Positions 35,687 through 45,940 of a DNA stretch of 64,000 nucleotides are shown piece by piece. Position 1 is the first letter of the stretch, and each line of letters starts with the position of its first letter. The stretch is taken from positions 10,666,001-10,730,000 of the forward strand of contig NC_045696.1 in NCBI RefSeq assembly GCF_009834535.1, written 5' to 3'. The stretch comes from Camelus ferus. Its lineage: Eukaryota. A program made the translations under genes and the position numbers. Under the pieces are notes generated by a model. It worked only from the letters and a program-made list of their open reading frames with translations. It ran no database searches and was not told the origin of the DNA.

Positions 35687-36599
35687 TGAATGCGTAGGAG
35701 GAGCTGATGCGTTAAACACAGAAAACAATGGGGGTGATGACAAACAGATCTAGGTGGGTGAGTTGGGCTGAGCCCTGATCCCGGCTCAGGGAGGGGATGG
35801 TGGGAAGTAGAGGGGCTGAGAGGGTAAGTCTCGGGATGGAGGTGGCTGGCCAAGCCTTCTTGGTTTAACAGATTTCTGAGTTCCCTGCCCCTGCTGCAGC
35901 CTTTGCCAGCGCCCAGGCTGCACTGGGTCACTTCCTTCCTTCCCGGGCTGAGCCATGCAGGACTCTGATGTCTTTATTAGCTGCACTGGCCTGAATAGCT
36001 GCGCGAGTTCAGAAGTGGGGTGATGGGGAGCTCCCAGCCCCACTCCCTGGAGGCCCCACCACTGCTCTCCCTGTGGCTCCCAGCTGTAATTCTAAGTGGG
36101 ATGATCTTTTGCCTTCCAGCTGACCCCTTGCATCAGGTATCCAAGGGGCATGGATCGAGGGACCAGCAGGCCTGGCCTTGAAAGGGAGGGGAGAGAACTG
36201 TGAGGCTAGGGTCTCAGCTTGTTTCACAGGCCACCTTCCCTTCAATGAATTCCTCTTGGATTCTGGCTCCTGCCTGTGAAGGTACTCAGTTCTGTGTGGA
36301 GTGTGGGCCCTGTTGCACTATCCAATGCAAGAACTATGTGTCAGGCCCTGTACCAGGCACCCTGGGGCATTCGGAGGTGAGAACAGGGGCTTTTCCCTGA
36401 ATGAGGAGGGGAAGGGAGGGGTTAGGAACTAAACTCTGTATATAGAGTTTCTGGGACTTTCCTGGGTCCTGGGTCATACAGACCCCCTCAGTATGCTGCC
36501 GGGCAGGTCAGGTGACAGAGTAACAGGAACCCTAACTCATAGGACACCCCAGAAGAGTTGATGAAATGACACCCCAGCAACCAGGCAGGCTCTTCAGCC

Positions 36600-36760
36600 T
36601 CATTGGGCCTGCCCTGTGTGCCAGGCCCAGGGCCCTGTTCTCCCTTTCAAACCTGATGCCCAGCAAAGGTGGTACTAGCATTATGCCCATTTTGCAGAGA
36701 AAGAAGCTAAGGCTCAGACTCTTGTTCAAGGTCACACAGCTGGTGGAGCTGAGCCAAGGC
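36600..36760 (-). mobile_element. MIR SINE
   Basis: CCCATTTTGCAGA...AGGCTCAGA...CAAGGTCACACAGCTGGT. Confidence 0.7.
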
Positions 36761-37879
36761 AACATACCACCCCACACCTAGCTGCCCAATCATGGTCTTC
36801 CTGGCGCTTGACCACACCCCCCACCCCAACACATGACTTACCTGGGGGCCCAGACTCATGCGTGAGGGTCCAGCAGCTGTACCCCAACCAGGTCTCTGGG
36901 CCCAGGGCATCCATACATGGCTAGGACCAAGCAGGAGGCCAGTCACTTAATCCTAGGCCATTTCATTTAATTCTGGTAGTAACACAACTGTCAGGTACTA
37001 TTATTAACTATTCTATTTACATAAGAAGAGACAGATGCTCTGGGAGGTCTCATAACCTTGCTCACTTGTAGGTTGGGGTATCTGAATCCAGCTGTCTTGA
37101 GTAGAATCAAAATTGCCCCCAGTCTTTAGGCCCCAATGGTCCCTATCAGTGCCTGATTCCCAGGTCACCTAACACTCTTGTCTCTCTCCCTATGCCCTGG
37201 AAACCTCTTCCTTCCCAGGGTCCTCCATTCACTTCCACTGGACCATCCATCCATTCATTTTTTTTACATTAAGCAGGCACGTCTAGATACAAAGACATCC
37301 ATGCCGATTTGTACCATGGGGAGCCAAAAACCCAAGGACCATTGGTCGCCATTTCTAAAATTGTCTACACTCCCACTTGAGCGAAGTCTGTGAATTCCAT
37401 TGGTGCACACACAGGACACTAAGGCGAGTTGTTTTCACCCATCACACCCTCCCTGCTGGTCAGGGACTCCCAGAACTTCTCCCAGAGATGGATCAGGGGA
37501 CCCAGGGGGCTCAGGTACGCAGGGTGGAGCCTGATCCTTCCACGGAGCTCTGGTGATCACCCAACCTGCCTCCATTCTACAGATGAGGCAACTGAGGTCA
37601 GAGAGAGCTCACAGAGCCTCTGAGAGGCCAGTCCCATCCTACTCTGCAAGGCAAGCTTCTATTGCCAAGATTTGAGGAATGAGTTTGGACTGGAAGGATG
37701 GTAGAGGGAAGGTCAGCGGCCCAGGCCTACAAGGCCTAGAAGGCCTAGGACTGGACAGATTCCCAGCTTTCCAGTCAGCCAAGGAAAGGGAAGGTAAACG
37801 GAGCTGTCCTCAGCTGGCCTCCAGAGTTCAGGAGGCCCCTAGGGCTTCCAGACCAAGGCTGGTGCTTCCAGGTTCCAGA

Positions 37880-39010
37880 CTCGCCCGTGTTCATGGACCC
37901 GTAAGCACAAGCTCGGGTGCCTGAGGCCTCGTGCGTGAGTGCGGACTAAGATGCGTAGACCCAGATGCAAGTGCCAGGCCTGTGTTGTCGAGCTTCGGGA
38001 TTCCCTAGGGAAGCTGTTTGGCCTCTATCCGAACTTCGGCGCTTCTGGTGAGTTCTTCGTGTCTTCCTCTCAGGAGCCTGCCAACCCCCCCCCCCCCAGC
38101 TAGTGGACTCAGAGGCCGTGGGGCCGCCGCGGTCTCAAAGTTCTTCAAAGGAAAGCCCCGCGCGGTCCAAGGCAGCTGCTGATCGAAGATTAGAAGATCC
38201 GAGCCCAAGCGGGCGGCGCTGGGGCATCGGCGGGCGGGGCGGGCCAGCGAAGCCGGGGTGCGCAGTCCCCACGGGCCCGGTTCTGCCCGGGGAGGATGCA
38301 GGAAGCAAGGGGCGGAGGGGACGCCGGCGCACAGTTTGGCGCAAGATCACGGACAAGTCCGTTTCCGGAGAGCGGCGACCTGGCGGTCCAAGGACCCCAA
38401 AGCCAGCGCCCAGCCGGGCCGTCCTGGTCGGCTACGCCACTTCCAGGAGTTGCAACCTGGAAGCCCGAAGGCCAGTCCGGCTTCCCCTTGCCGCTTGTCT
38501 ATGGGGCCCTAGGGTGTTGTAAAGCGGGGTCTGGAATCCCCTGGTAGGACAGCGCGCACTCCCAGCTTTGGGGTCCCCACAGCTTCCTCCTGTGCCCATC
38601 AGCCCGTCCCGCGCCGGGGTCGCCCAGGGCGCTGCAGGCATTTCGGTTGGCGACTCCTTTCCGAATTGCTGCACGGGGTGTGGACCACGCAAGCGGGGGC
38701 GAGGCCCGGGGGCCGGCGGGGGCGGCAGCTGTCCTGCCCGAACGACGGTCCCTCTCCGCGCCGCCGGCCGCCCTAATTAGTGGCCGCCTGGGCTCACCCG
38801 CTGCGGGCCGCGCCGCGCGCCCACCCGAGCCCGCTAATTGCTAAGGCCTGTCGGCACCGCCTGCCGCCCAGATAGGGGCGCGGGGCCAGATGGGGTCCTG
38901 GCGCACAAGGGGAGCACTAGGAGTAGCACCTAAGGGGACCTGGAGGATGGCGGCGGAGGCGGGTGGATAGCAGCGCGGGAGCTCCGAGGATTCCGGGAGA
39001 GGAGATGGCT
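37880..39010. promoter_or_regulatory. Orphan CpG island 3' of OLIG2
   Basis: CpG-dense, non-repetitive, no credible coding ORF. Confidence 0.75.
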
Positions 39011-39049
39011 GAGCCAGGGTCTGGGGGTATGGGTGGGGCGACCTCCCTG

Positions 39050-39280
39050 ACATGGGCTCTGGAGTCAGACTCCCAGGATTACAAATTTGCTGCCTCCATT
39101 TATTGTCTCTTCCCCTGAGCCAGCCACTTACCCTCTCTGCGCCTCAGTTTCCTCACCTGTAAAATGGAATGATAATAGCACCATCCTCAAAGGGTTACCC
39201 TGAGAATTGAATGAACTAATAACACACGCGAAGCTCTCAGTGTGGTGCCCTATACCGACTAGCCTTCAGTAACTATTGGC
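39050..39280 (+). mobile_element. MIR SINE
   Basis: GGGCTCTGGAGTCAGAC...CTCTCTGCGCCTCAGTTTCCTCACCTGTAAAATGGAATGATAATAGCACC. Confidence 0.85.
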
Positions 39281-40649
39281 CCCTCCTCTTCCAGCCTTCT
39301 TTGCCTATTATTAGTATCCTGAGCTCCCTGAGGTGCAGCCTCACACTGCTTCCTTGCTCCTGAATCTGTCTCATGCTCCTCTCTGCCGCGTCTCCCCCCC
39401 CCCCCCATTAACCCCACCCTGTAGCAATAGCGCTGCCCCAAGAGAAAGACGGGAAGCAGGGATGTGAGTGAGGGGGTGATGCCCATCTCTGTCCTGCCTA
39501 GAGTTGCCCATTACTCTGATAAGGGATGGAGGGCTTAGCCCCAGGGGTCTAAGCCTATGGACTGTCTGCAGCCTGCAAACGGAGGAATGGCCTACTGACC
39601 CACACAGTTCCACAGGTACCTCTCCACAGCCAGGGCAGGACTCAGTGCAGCAGCCACTTACCCTGAGAACCACGAAGTCTGATTCTGCCCTCTCTTACAG
39701 ATTTGCAGAGACAATGAATGAGGGCTTGTTACCAGCAAGGTGTCTTGAGATGGTTGGTGTAGGGCCCCTGTCATAGACTCACATAATCCTTACTAGTACT
39801 GGGAGGCACAGACTTGACCCAAAGCTTGTACTAAAAGAGGGATTTAAAATGAGAGGCAGGCTTGTGTAAGGGGAGTCTTTTGCCTTAGACAAACTTCTAG
39901 AGGTCATCAAGGTGTTTACTTAATAGAGGGAGTTCAGACAGATTGCTAGGTAAGTTCTGCCCTAAAGGGAGACAGATGGTTCTCCATCACTGAGAGTATC
40001 TAAGGGGCTTGAAACCCCAGTGGCCTGGCCTTGGAGTATCTCCCTGGTTTCAGTCTGGCAATGAGAAGAACAGGCCTTACTTGCTGGGCTGCCTCAGCTC
40101 CAGATCACCACGTGTGTCCCTGGTACTTAGTATTTCCTACAGCCCTCCTCGCTGGGAGTGTGACACCTCGGGTCTCAGCAACACATTCCCCAACTGAGAT
40201 GCACTTTAACTGTGAGGGTCTGCTTTGCCCCTTGGCTCGCTGCTTGTTGCAGGGATTCAGTTTCAACTCTATGGGGCTAGAGACACAGGGCAGCATCCCC
40301 GTGGGGTTCTGGCAATGCCCTTCAACATAGACTCCAGGGAACGGTCACGTCTCTGTGTCTCCTGCCCCAGGAAGGGAGTGAGGAGGGAGGCAGTGCTCTA
40401 GGGGGGCAGAGGCCATGGAGGAGGGCCCTGTCCCTCAGCCTCAAGTCAGTGAGTTTTTATGAGGTGGGGGAGGAAGTTGGGGAGAATCTCGGAGACTTTG
40501 GGGGCTGTTGACAGAAGTCTCTGGGCCCCGAGGCTGAGAGCTGAGGAATTGCCAGGGCCGTGTAGGGGGTGGGGAAGCTGAGCTGTGGGCCAGCACCTGA
40601 AAGGACCACCGGACCCCAGAAAGGGGACCCTATCTGCCAGTGCCCTGTA

Positions 40650-42120
40650 GACTGCGTGGTTCCTGGGACTGTTTTCCGCCTTCTTCCTTCCGCTCTCTCA
40701 GTGCGGGGGTCCTTGGAAGTCAACGCGGTAGCCTAACATCTTTTCCCATCTACTCCGAAGCCCAGCCGCTGGCCTAAGCACCCCCCTCACGGCCCCGCCA
40801 GTCTGGGGCCACTCTCTGCAAGGAACCACCTGCCCTGGGGACGTACGCTCTCCAGTGCGTCTGTGTGTGCCTACTTGGCATCCCAGGACGCTCCGCTCTC
40901 AAGTGGTGGCCCAGATTCCTGGCTGGGCGCGAGGTTTAGGCAAGTGGCTCCCGGGAGGCTGGATCTGGGCCCTCCTTCCTTGGAGGCCCAGGTCTAGCCT
41001 GACTGGCGGCTGGACACGCGCCGAGAGCTTGGGTCTGGGGGTTGAAGGGGGAGACTTGATTTACTTCCTTTCAACAACTGCCCCTCTATGCATATGCCAC
41101 GCACACCCGGGGCCCTCGCCTGCACACGCCAAGCCTCGAGATGGGTGAAGGAAGCTGAGACTGCCACCAGCAACACCCCCCGCCCCCACCCCCCGCCCCA
41201 GGCAGCCCGAGGGTTTCTCTGTTTGTGTCTTTGGCTAGAGCAGGGCCCAGTTTTGAATTCTTAACAAATTTCGTTTCAAATGGGATTTCAAAATAAAAGC
41301 TATTGGATCCCTCCCTACCCTCTTCTTGGATTCACGTGGAGCAACTCGGGCCCCTATTCCCTTTCTCCCTGCTCTGCAACCGCTCGGCCTCGCCCAGGAG
41401 TGGAGTCCTCTGGGCCCGGCTCAGGGGCGACCTCAAGGAAAACTTCTCCGTCCCTGGCAGGTGCCCTAGGCGCAGGAACCTTCTGCAGGTGGTCACCAAA
41501 AGCGCCTTCGGTGAAAGGGCCCAGGGCCGGGGGCCCACCCACTGTGTCCGCGATTCGCTGCCTTCAAGGGCGCACGTTTTCCCGTAAGACCAAGGGCTGA
41601 AAGACTGCAACATGGTCTGTCCTCTTCCTTGATGGGAAAGACTGAAGCTTTTTTTTTTTTTTAAACTTTTACCCAGAATCTCTCGTAAGAGCCTCGTCCT
41701 AAATTTATACTGCAATTTTGAAAACAGAGGTACCCCGGGGAAGACCACGAGGCCAGAGCACGGTTCCAGTCTTGCTCCCCGCCGGCTGTTCCCAGCACCT
41801 GACATTCTGTAGTTCAAGGCCTGGGTGGGCGCCTGGGGAGAGTCGTGCATAGCGCCGGGAAGGGAGCGAGGGGTTAGTGGATCCCAAGCCAAACGCTCCC
41901 GCGGCACTTAGCCCCAACAACCGAGGCGCTGCAGGTCCGGGGCCCCACACGGCTGGTCCGCAGCTGAAGCCTAGCGAAGCCGGGGAGCAGATGAGGGTGG
42001 GCGACCGCCTCTGAGCAGAGAGAAAATAAAGTCGCGACAGGGCAGGGAGCCTGAGCGCCGGGAACCCCAGCCAAAGGCAGGGGCCTTGCCCCGAGGCTCA
42101 AAGTTCCGCGGGCAGAAAGG
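40650..42120. promoter_or_regulatory. CpG-rich region immediately 3' of OLIG2
   Basis: Elevated CpG/GC by eye. Confidence 0.6.
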
Positions 42121-42442
42121 GAAATTTTCATTTTCAATTAACATAATCCTTAACAGAAGGGAAAAGGAGTTCCGGATTAGGCATCAGAAAATAAAAATAA
42201 AAACAAGTGATTTGTGAGAAGCATCCTAAGGATGTGCCCAGAGAGTGTTTTAAAGAGTTATGTGAGTATGTTTGTTAGGGGAGAGAATAGTCAAACGACC
42301 CTCTTATATTTCTCCAGGGCGAAATCAGCAAAATGGTCCCCAAATCTGGCCCCAAGTGATTGAGTCTTGCCCCCATTCCTGGGGAGCTTCGCCGCAAATC
42401 TTACCATCCACAAGGCTGGAAAACACCCAACTTACTTTGAAT

Positions 42443-42475
42443 TTTATTTAAAATCTCAACACTCAATCATTTATT
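42443..42475 (-). terminator. OLIG2 polyadenylation signals (two AATAAA)
   Basis: TTTATT on plus at 42470-42475 and 42443-42448, at the end of an AT-rich 3' UTR ~1.35 kb past the stop. Confidence 0.7.
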
Positions 42476-43802
42476 TCATTTTTGCAACCAAACAAGTAAT
42501 AAATATTATTTAGCACTTTTTTCTTTTTACAAAAATAAAACAGATGATACACTCTCTGCAAGGGGCAGCGATCAGAGAAGGGATGTTATGTGGCAGACGC
42601 TGTGAATCTCGTATTGCAACTCTGGTAGCGCCCAGGCGGTTTGTGGGGAGGCAGGAAGCACGTGGAGGAGTTTGTCATTTATGCTAAACGTGGCGGAAAG
42701 AAACCAATATATAGGAAACCCGGTTTAGAATCCGGAGGGGCTGGCAGTCAGGTGAGCAAACAATTTAGCAGCACGCACTTACCTCATTATCAACATTGTA
42801 TTTACACATCCAAGAAAGAAAAAATTAAGGAGCCAACTGAACTCACAAATAACCAAAACTATATTCACAGCAAAATCCTTGGAGTTCTGTCAAACCCTCA
42901 GTATCAAAATGACTGCCCCCAATCAGGTAAGAAACCAACTCACTTTGTGCTCAAGAGATGGAAAGAATGCAGAGGGAGGGAGATTCTATTGTGAAGTAAC
43001 TAAAAATCACCCGTACCCAAAGTCGACAGTTTTAGATTACTCCAATCCACAAGTGGTTCTATTCTGACTGTCTATAAAGCTTGACTGTGCTGTTGAAAAT
43101 GAAACATTGACAGTTTTATTAATCCCTCCCCCCAACCAATAGGAGCGACAGGGAGGAATGGCAACAGTTCTCAGACAGTTGTGGGTTTATCCAGATATGG
43201 AGATTGGACACGACCATAAGTGCTTCTGGTACCAAATACCAGCTTCGAACTAACTCGTAGGCCCTGGCCCTGGGCCACGGACCACCTTTGCGGGCAAGGC
43301 CAGACGGCCGCTTCTGGAGAGGGGCTCCCAAGAGTTTTCTACCCGCCAAGAAAGGAGGAAGGAGAGGGAGCCCCCAAAGCTCCCCCTCCATCACCTCCTC
43401 CTCCATATAACGAAGTGCTGCCAGGGCCCAAGTTTTCAGGGAAACCAAAGTATTTAGAATCATTTCTTTTTGGGAGGCAGGGGGAGGGGAGTTGTAGGAA
43501 GGGATGCTCGTAGAGGTGCCTTCGTATAAAGTGGTGGCTACCGGAGCAGCGCTGTTTAAAGCCAGAGATGGTTGAACTAGGTCTCAGAGCAAATTTCCCT
43601 CTCACTCCCCACTGTTCAGTGCGCTCCACTGCTTCAGTCCCTGGGTGCTGGAGTCCTCACCACTGCCCCCACCCCCAGCCCACAGTGCTGCGCTCCCCCT
43701 CGGAACTGAGCTCCCAGGCCCCTAGCGCCGGCCAGTCCTCGCTTCCCCGCAGCCTCCGGGCCCCCAAACCCCGCTCGCCAGAACGCGCCCGCACCAGCCA
43801 GC

Positions 43803-44774
43803 TCACTTGGCGTCGGAGGTGAGGCGCGGCAGGCTGCCGGCGCCCATGGCCGACACGTGGTGGTGGGGCGGTGGCACTTGGCACATGCTGCAAGGGCAAG
43901 GCATGCCGCCCCAGTGCTGGAAGCCACCACTGCCCCCGCTGCTGCCGCCCCCGCCCCCCAGAGGGGCTGCCGCTGCCGCCGACGGAGACTTGAGCAAACC
44001 GTGAGGGGGCCGAATGGAGCCGACCGACGACAACCCGGAGCCGGGCAGGGAAGCGCTGGACACCGCGGCGGCGGCCGCAGCGGCGGCGGCGGCGGCGGCG
44101 GCCGGAGGCAAGATGGGATGGTGCACCGCCGGGTGGTGCGCCGCGTGCGCGGCGGCCGCCGGGTGCGCCGTGGCGGCCGGCAGGGGTGCTGAGTGCGCGA
44201 GGCCGCCGCAGGCGGATGGGTGGAAGCCGGCGTGGTGGCCGCCGTAGATCTCGCTCACCAGTCGCTTCATCTCCTCCAGCGAATTGGTGAGCATGAGGAT
44301 GTAGTTGCGCGCCAGCAGCAGCGTGGCGATTTTGGAGAGCTTGCGCACCGATGGGCCGTGAGCGTACGGCATGACCTCGCGCAGCCCGTCCATGGCGATG
44401 TTGAGGTCGTGCATCCGCTTGCGCTCGCGGCTGTTGATCTTGAGGCGTAGCTGTTGCAGCTCGGGCTCAGTCATCTGCTTCTTGTCCTTCTTGGTGGACG
44501 ACGCAGCAGCTGACGACGTGGACGACGAAGTGCTGGACGAGGATGACTTGAAGCCGCCGCCGCCCAGCTTGTCCCCCGGGTGCGTGCCCGCTGCGCCCAT
44601 GGCGCCGCGAAGCTCGGCGCTCAGCTCTGGCGGGCAATCGCTCGGCGTGGACGAGGATACGGCGCCCCCCGTGAAGCCGCTGCCCCCGCTGCCTTTGCTC
44701 CGGGCGGGCAGAAAAAGGTCATCGGGCTCTGGCGACGACGGGCGACTAGACACCAAGCTGGCGTCCGAGTCCAT
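43803..44774 (-). CDS. OLIG2: Oligodendrocyte transcription factor 2 (bHLH), 323 aa from the canonical ATG
   Basis: [21 protein letters not shown] (S10/S13/S14 motif), b[32 protein letters not shown]...[19 protein letters not shown], 13-Ala tract, end ...[11 protein letters not shown] at 44774-44772 in strong context gccATGG. The track ORF starts 21 codons earlier at a GTG. Confidence 0.98.
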   Translation of the reverse strand: MDSDASLVSSRPSSPEPDDLFLPARSKGSGGSGFTGGAVSSSTPSDCPPELSAELRGAMGAAGTHPGDKLGGGGFKSSSSSTSSSTSSAAASSTKKDKKQMTEPELQQLRLKINSRERKRMHDLNIAMDGLREVMPYAHGPSVRKLSKIATLLLARNYILMLTNSLEEMKRLVSEIYGGHHAGFHPSACGGLAHSAPLPAATAHPAAAAHAAHHPAVHHPILPPAAAAAAAAAAAAAVSSASLPGSGLSSVGSIRPPHGLLKSPSAAAAAPLGGGGGSSGGSGGFQHWGGMPCPCSMCQVPPPHHHVSAMGAGSLPRLTSDAK

Positions 44775-44846
44775 GGCCCCAAGGGATAGTTGCAGCTTTC
44801 GCAGGGTCTTCCCTCTCTCGGGCCTCAGAGCTTCCACGGACGCCTA

Positions 44847-45626
44847 CTGCGGAGAGAAGAAACACGAGAGAGAGCGAGAGATCGAAATCGAGATTGAGAT
44901 CGAGAGGCACTAGGAGAGTGAGGGAGAAAAGCTGCTCCCGCCTGCATCGCAGTGCGGGGTCCAAGCGCTCTGGGTTCACCTCGCAGTTTCTGACCTTCCT
45001 TCCTTCAGCATGCAGGTACGTTTAAGTAATCTCTTCCCCTCTCTACTGCCTCCTGTCCGCTCTCATCCACAGGTTGTTTAATCTAGGGAACATTGGCTAC
45101 CCCTTAGTGAAGGTGGCATCTAGAGATTTTATGCTTTTTATTAAGAATGAGGAGACTGGATCTCCAGGGCTGGAATAAACGAGTGGCAAATAATGTTTTT
45201 TTTTTCTTTGGGAGGGATGGAAATATAAATAGAGAAGTATTTATTTTGTTCCTCAAACGCATCCACCTTATCTCCACTGACACCGCACAGCAAACACACG
45301 CACATAGACTGGCACTCAGCGCCCGCACGGGGCCCAGATTCCACGCGCTGCGTCCGGGGCCCGCAGAGGGCTCTCCATCTGACTGGGACTTAGGCAGAAA
45401 AAGCTACTGTAGCCCTGACTTCTTGCTTTTGGTGGAAGGGGATGCTAAGTTGAGTATGGGGAGGGTCAAAGCAGCAAAGCCGCTTAGAAGAACTGGAGGG
45501 CAGCGGCGGGATCCAGGTCCCCTTACCAGAGCTTCCCGGGTCTCAGCCGAAGTGAGAGGCGTCTGTCCCTGGGATGTAGGCTCGGGTGGCTGGGGTTGCG
45601 GGGGGGAGGGGGGCGGGGACACTTAC
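44847..45626 (-). other. OLIG2: OLIG2 intron 1 (~780 nt)
   Basis: Consensus GTAAGT donor. Pyrimidine tract TTTCTTCTCTCCG followed by CAG (44849-44847) then TAG (44846-44844). Exact acceptor uncertain; another AG lies at 44832-44831. Confidence 0.75.
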
Positions 45627-45718
45627 TGTGGATGCAATTAGAGGAGCTCTTTCCCAAAAGCTGCAACAGAGAACTGGGCCCCGGGCGCTGATGTCGCGTA
45701 GATCTATAATAAGCATCC
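45627..45718 (-). other. OLIG2: OLIG2 exon 1 (5' leader)
   Basis: Starts ~30 nt downstream of TATAAAAA and ends at donor ACA|GTAAGT (GTAAGT = 45626-45621). Resembles the OLIG2 leader as recalled. TSS is inferred. Confidence 0.8.
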
Positions 45719-45740
45719 GCACCTTTCCGGGCTCGGCGGG

Positions 45741-45940
45741 TTTTTATAGTTCAGTGGCGGCGGCGACGGCGGCGGTGGCCGAGGCGGGGGCGGGGAACAA
45801 TGTGCGGGTCCTGGAGGGGCCGCGGCGCCAATGAGCTGGGCCGGCCCGGGGGGCTGGGAAGCTGATGTCATCCGGGCTAATTCCGCTCAATGAAACTCGC
45901 GGGGCCGGGCACACGCCTCTTCCCCGCGCACAGCCAATGG
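45741..45940 (-). promoter_or_regulatory. OLIG2 core/proximal promoter
   Basis: TATAAAAA on minus (45748-45741), GC box GGGGCGGGG 45787-45795, Sox-type AACAATG 45796-45802, CCAAT 45828-45832 and 45934-45938, CRE-like TGATGTCA 45863-45870. Confidence 0.8.

Noticed and set aside
43444..43522. miR-9-like (ACCAAAG) and miR-124-like (GTGCCTT) seed matches in the OLIG2 3' UTR region
   Set aside because: They are on the plus strand, antisense to the OLIG2 mRNA.
44775..44837. 344-aa track ORF with a GTG start as the true OLIG2 N-terminus
   Set aside because: The start is GTG, and the canonical protein begins at the strong-context ATG at 44774. The extension matters only in the splice-switch hypothesis.
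43807..44913. Plus-strand ORFs (up to 180 aa) over OLIG2
   Set aside because: Antisense shadows of the CDS caused by GC-rich codon usage.
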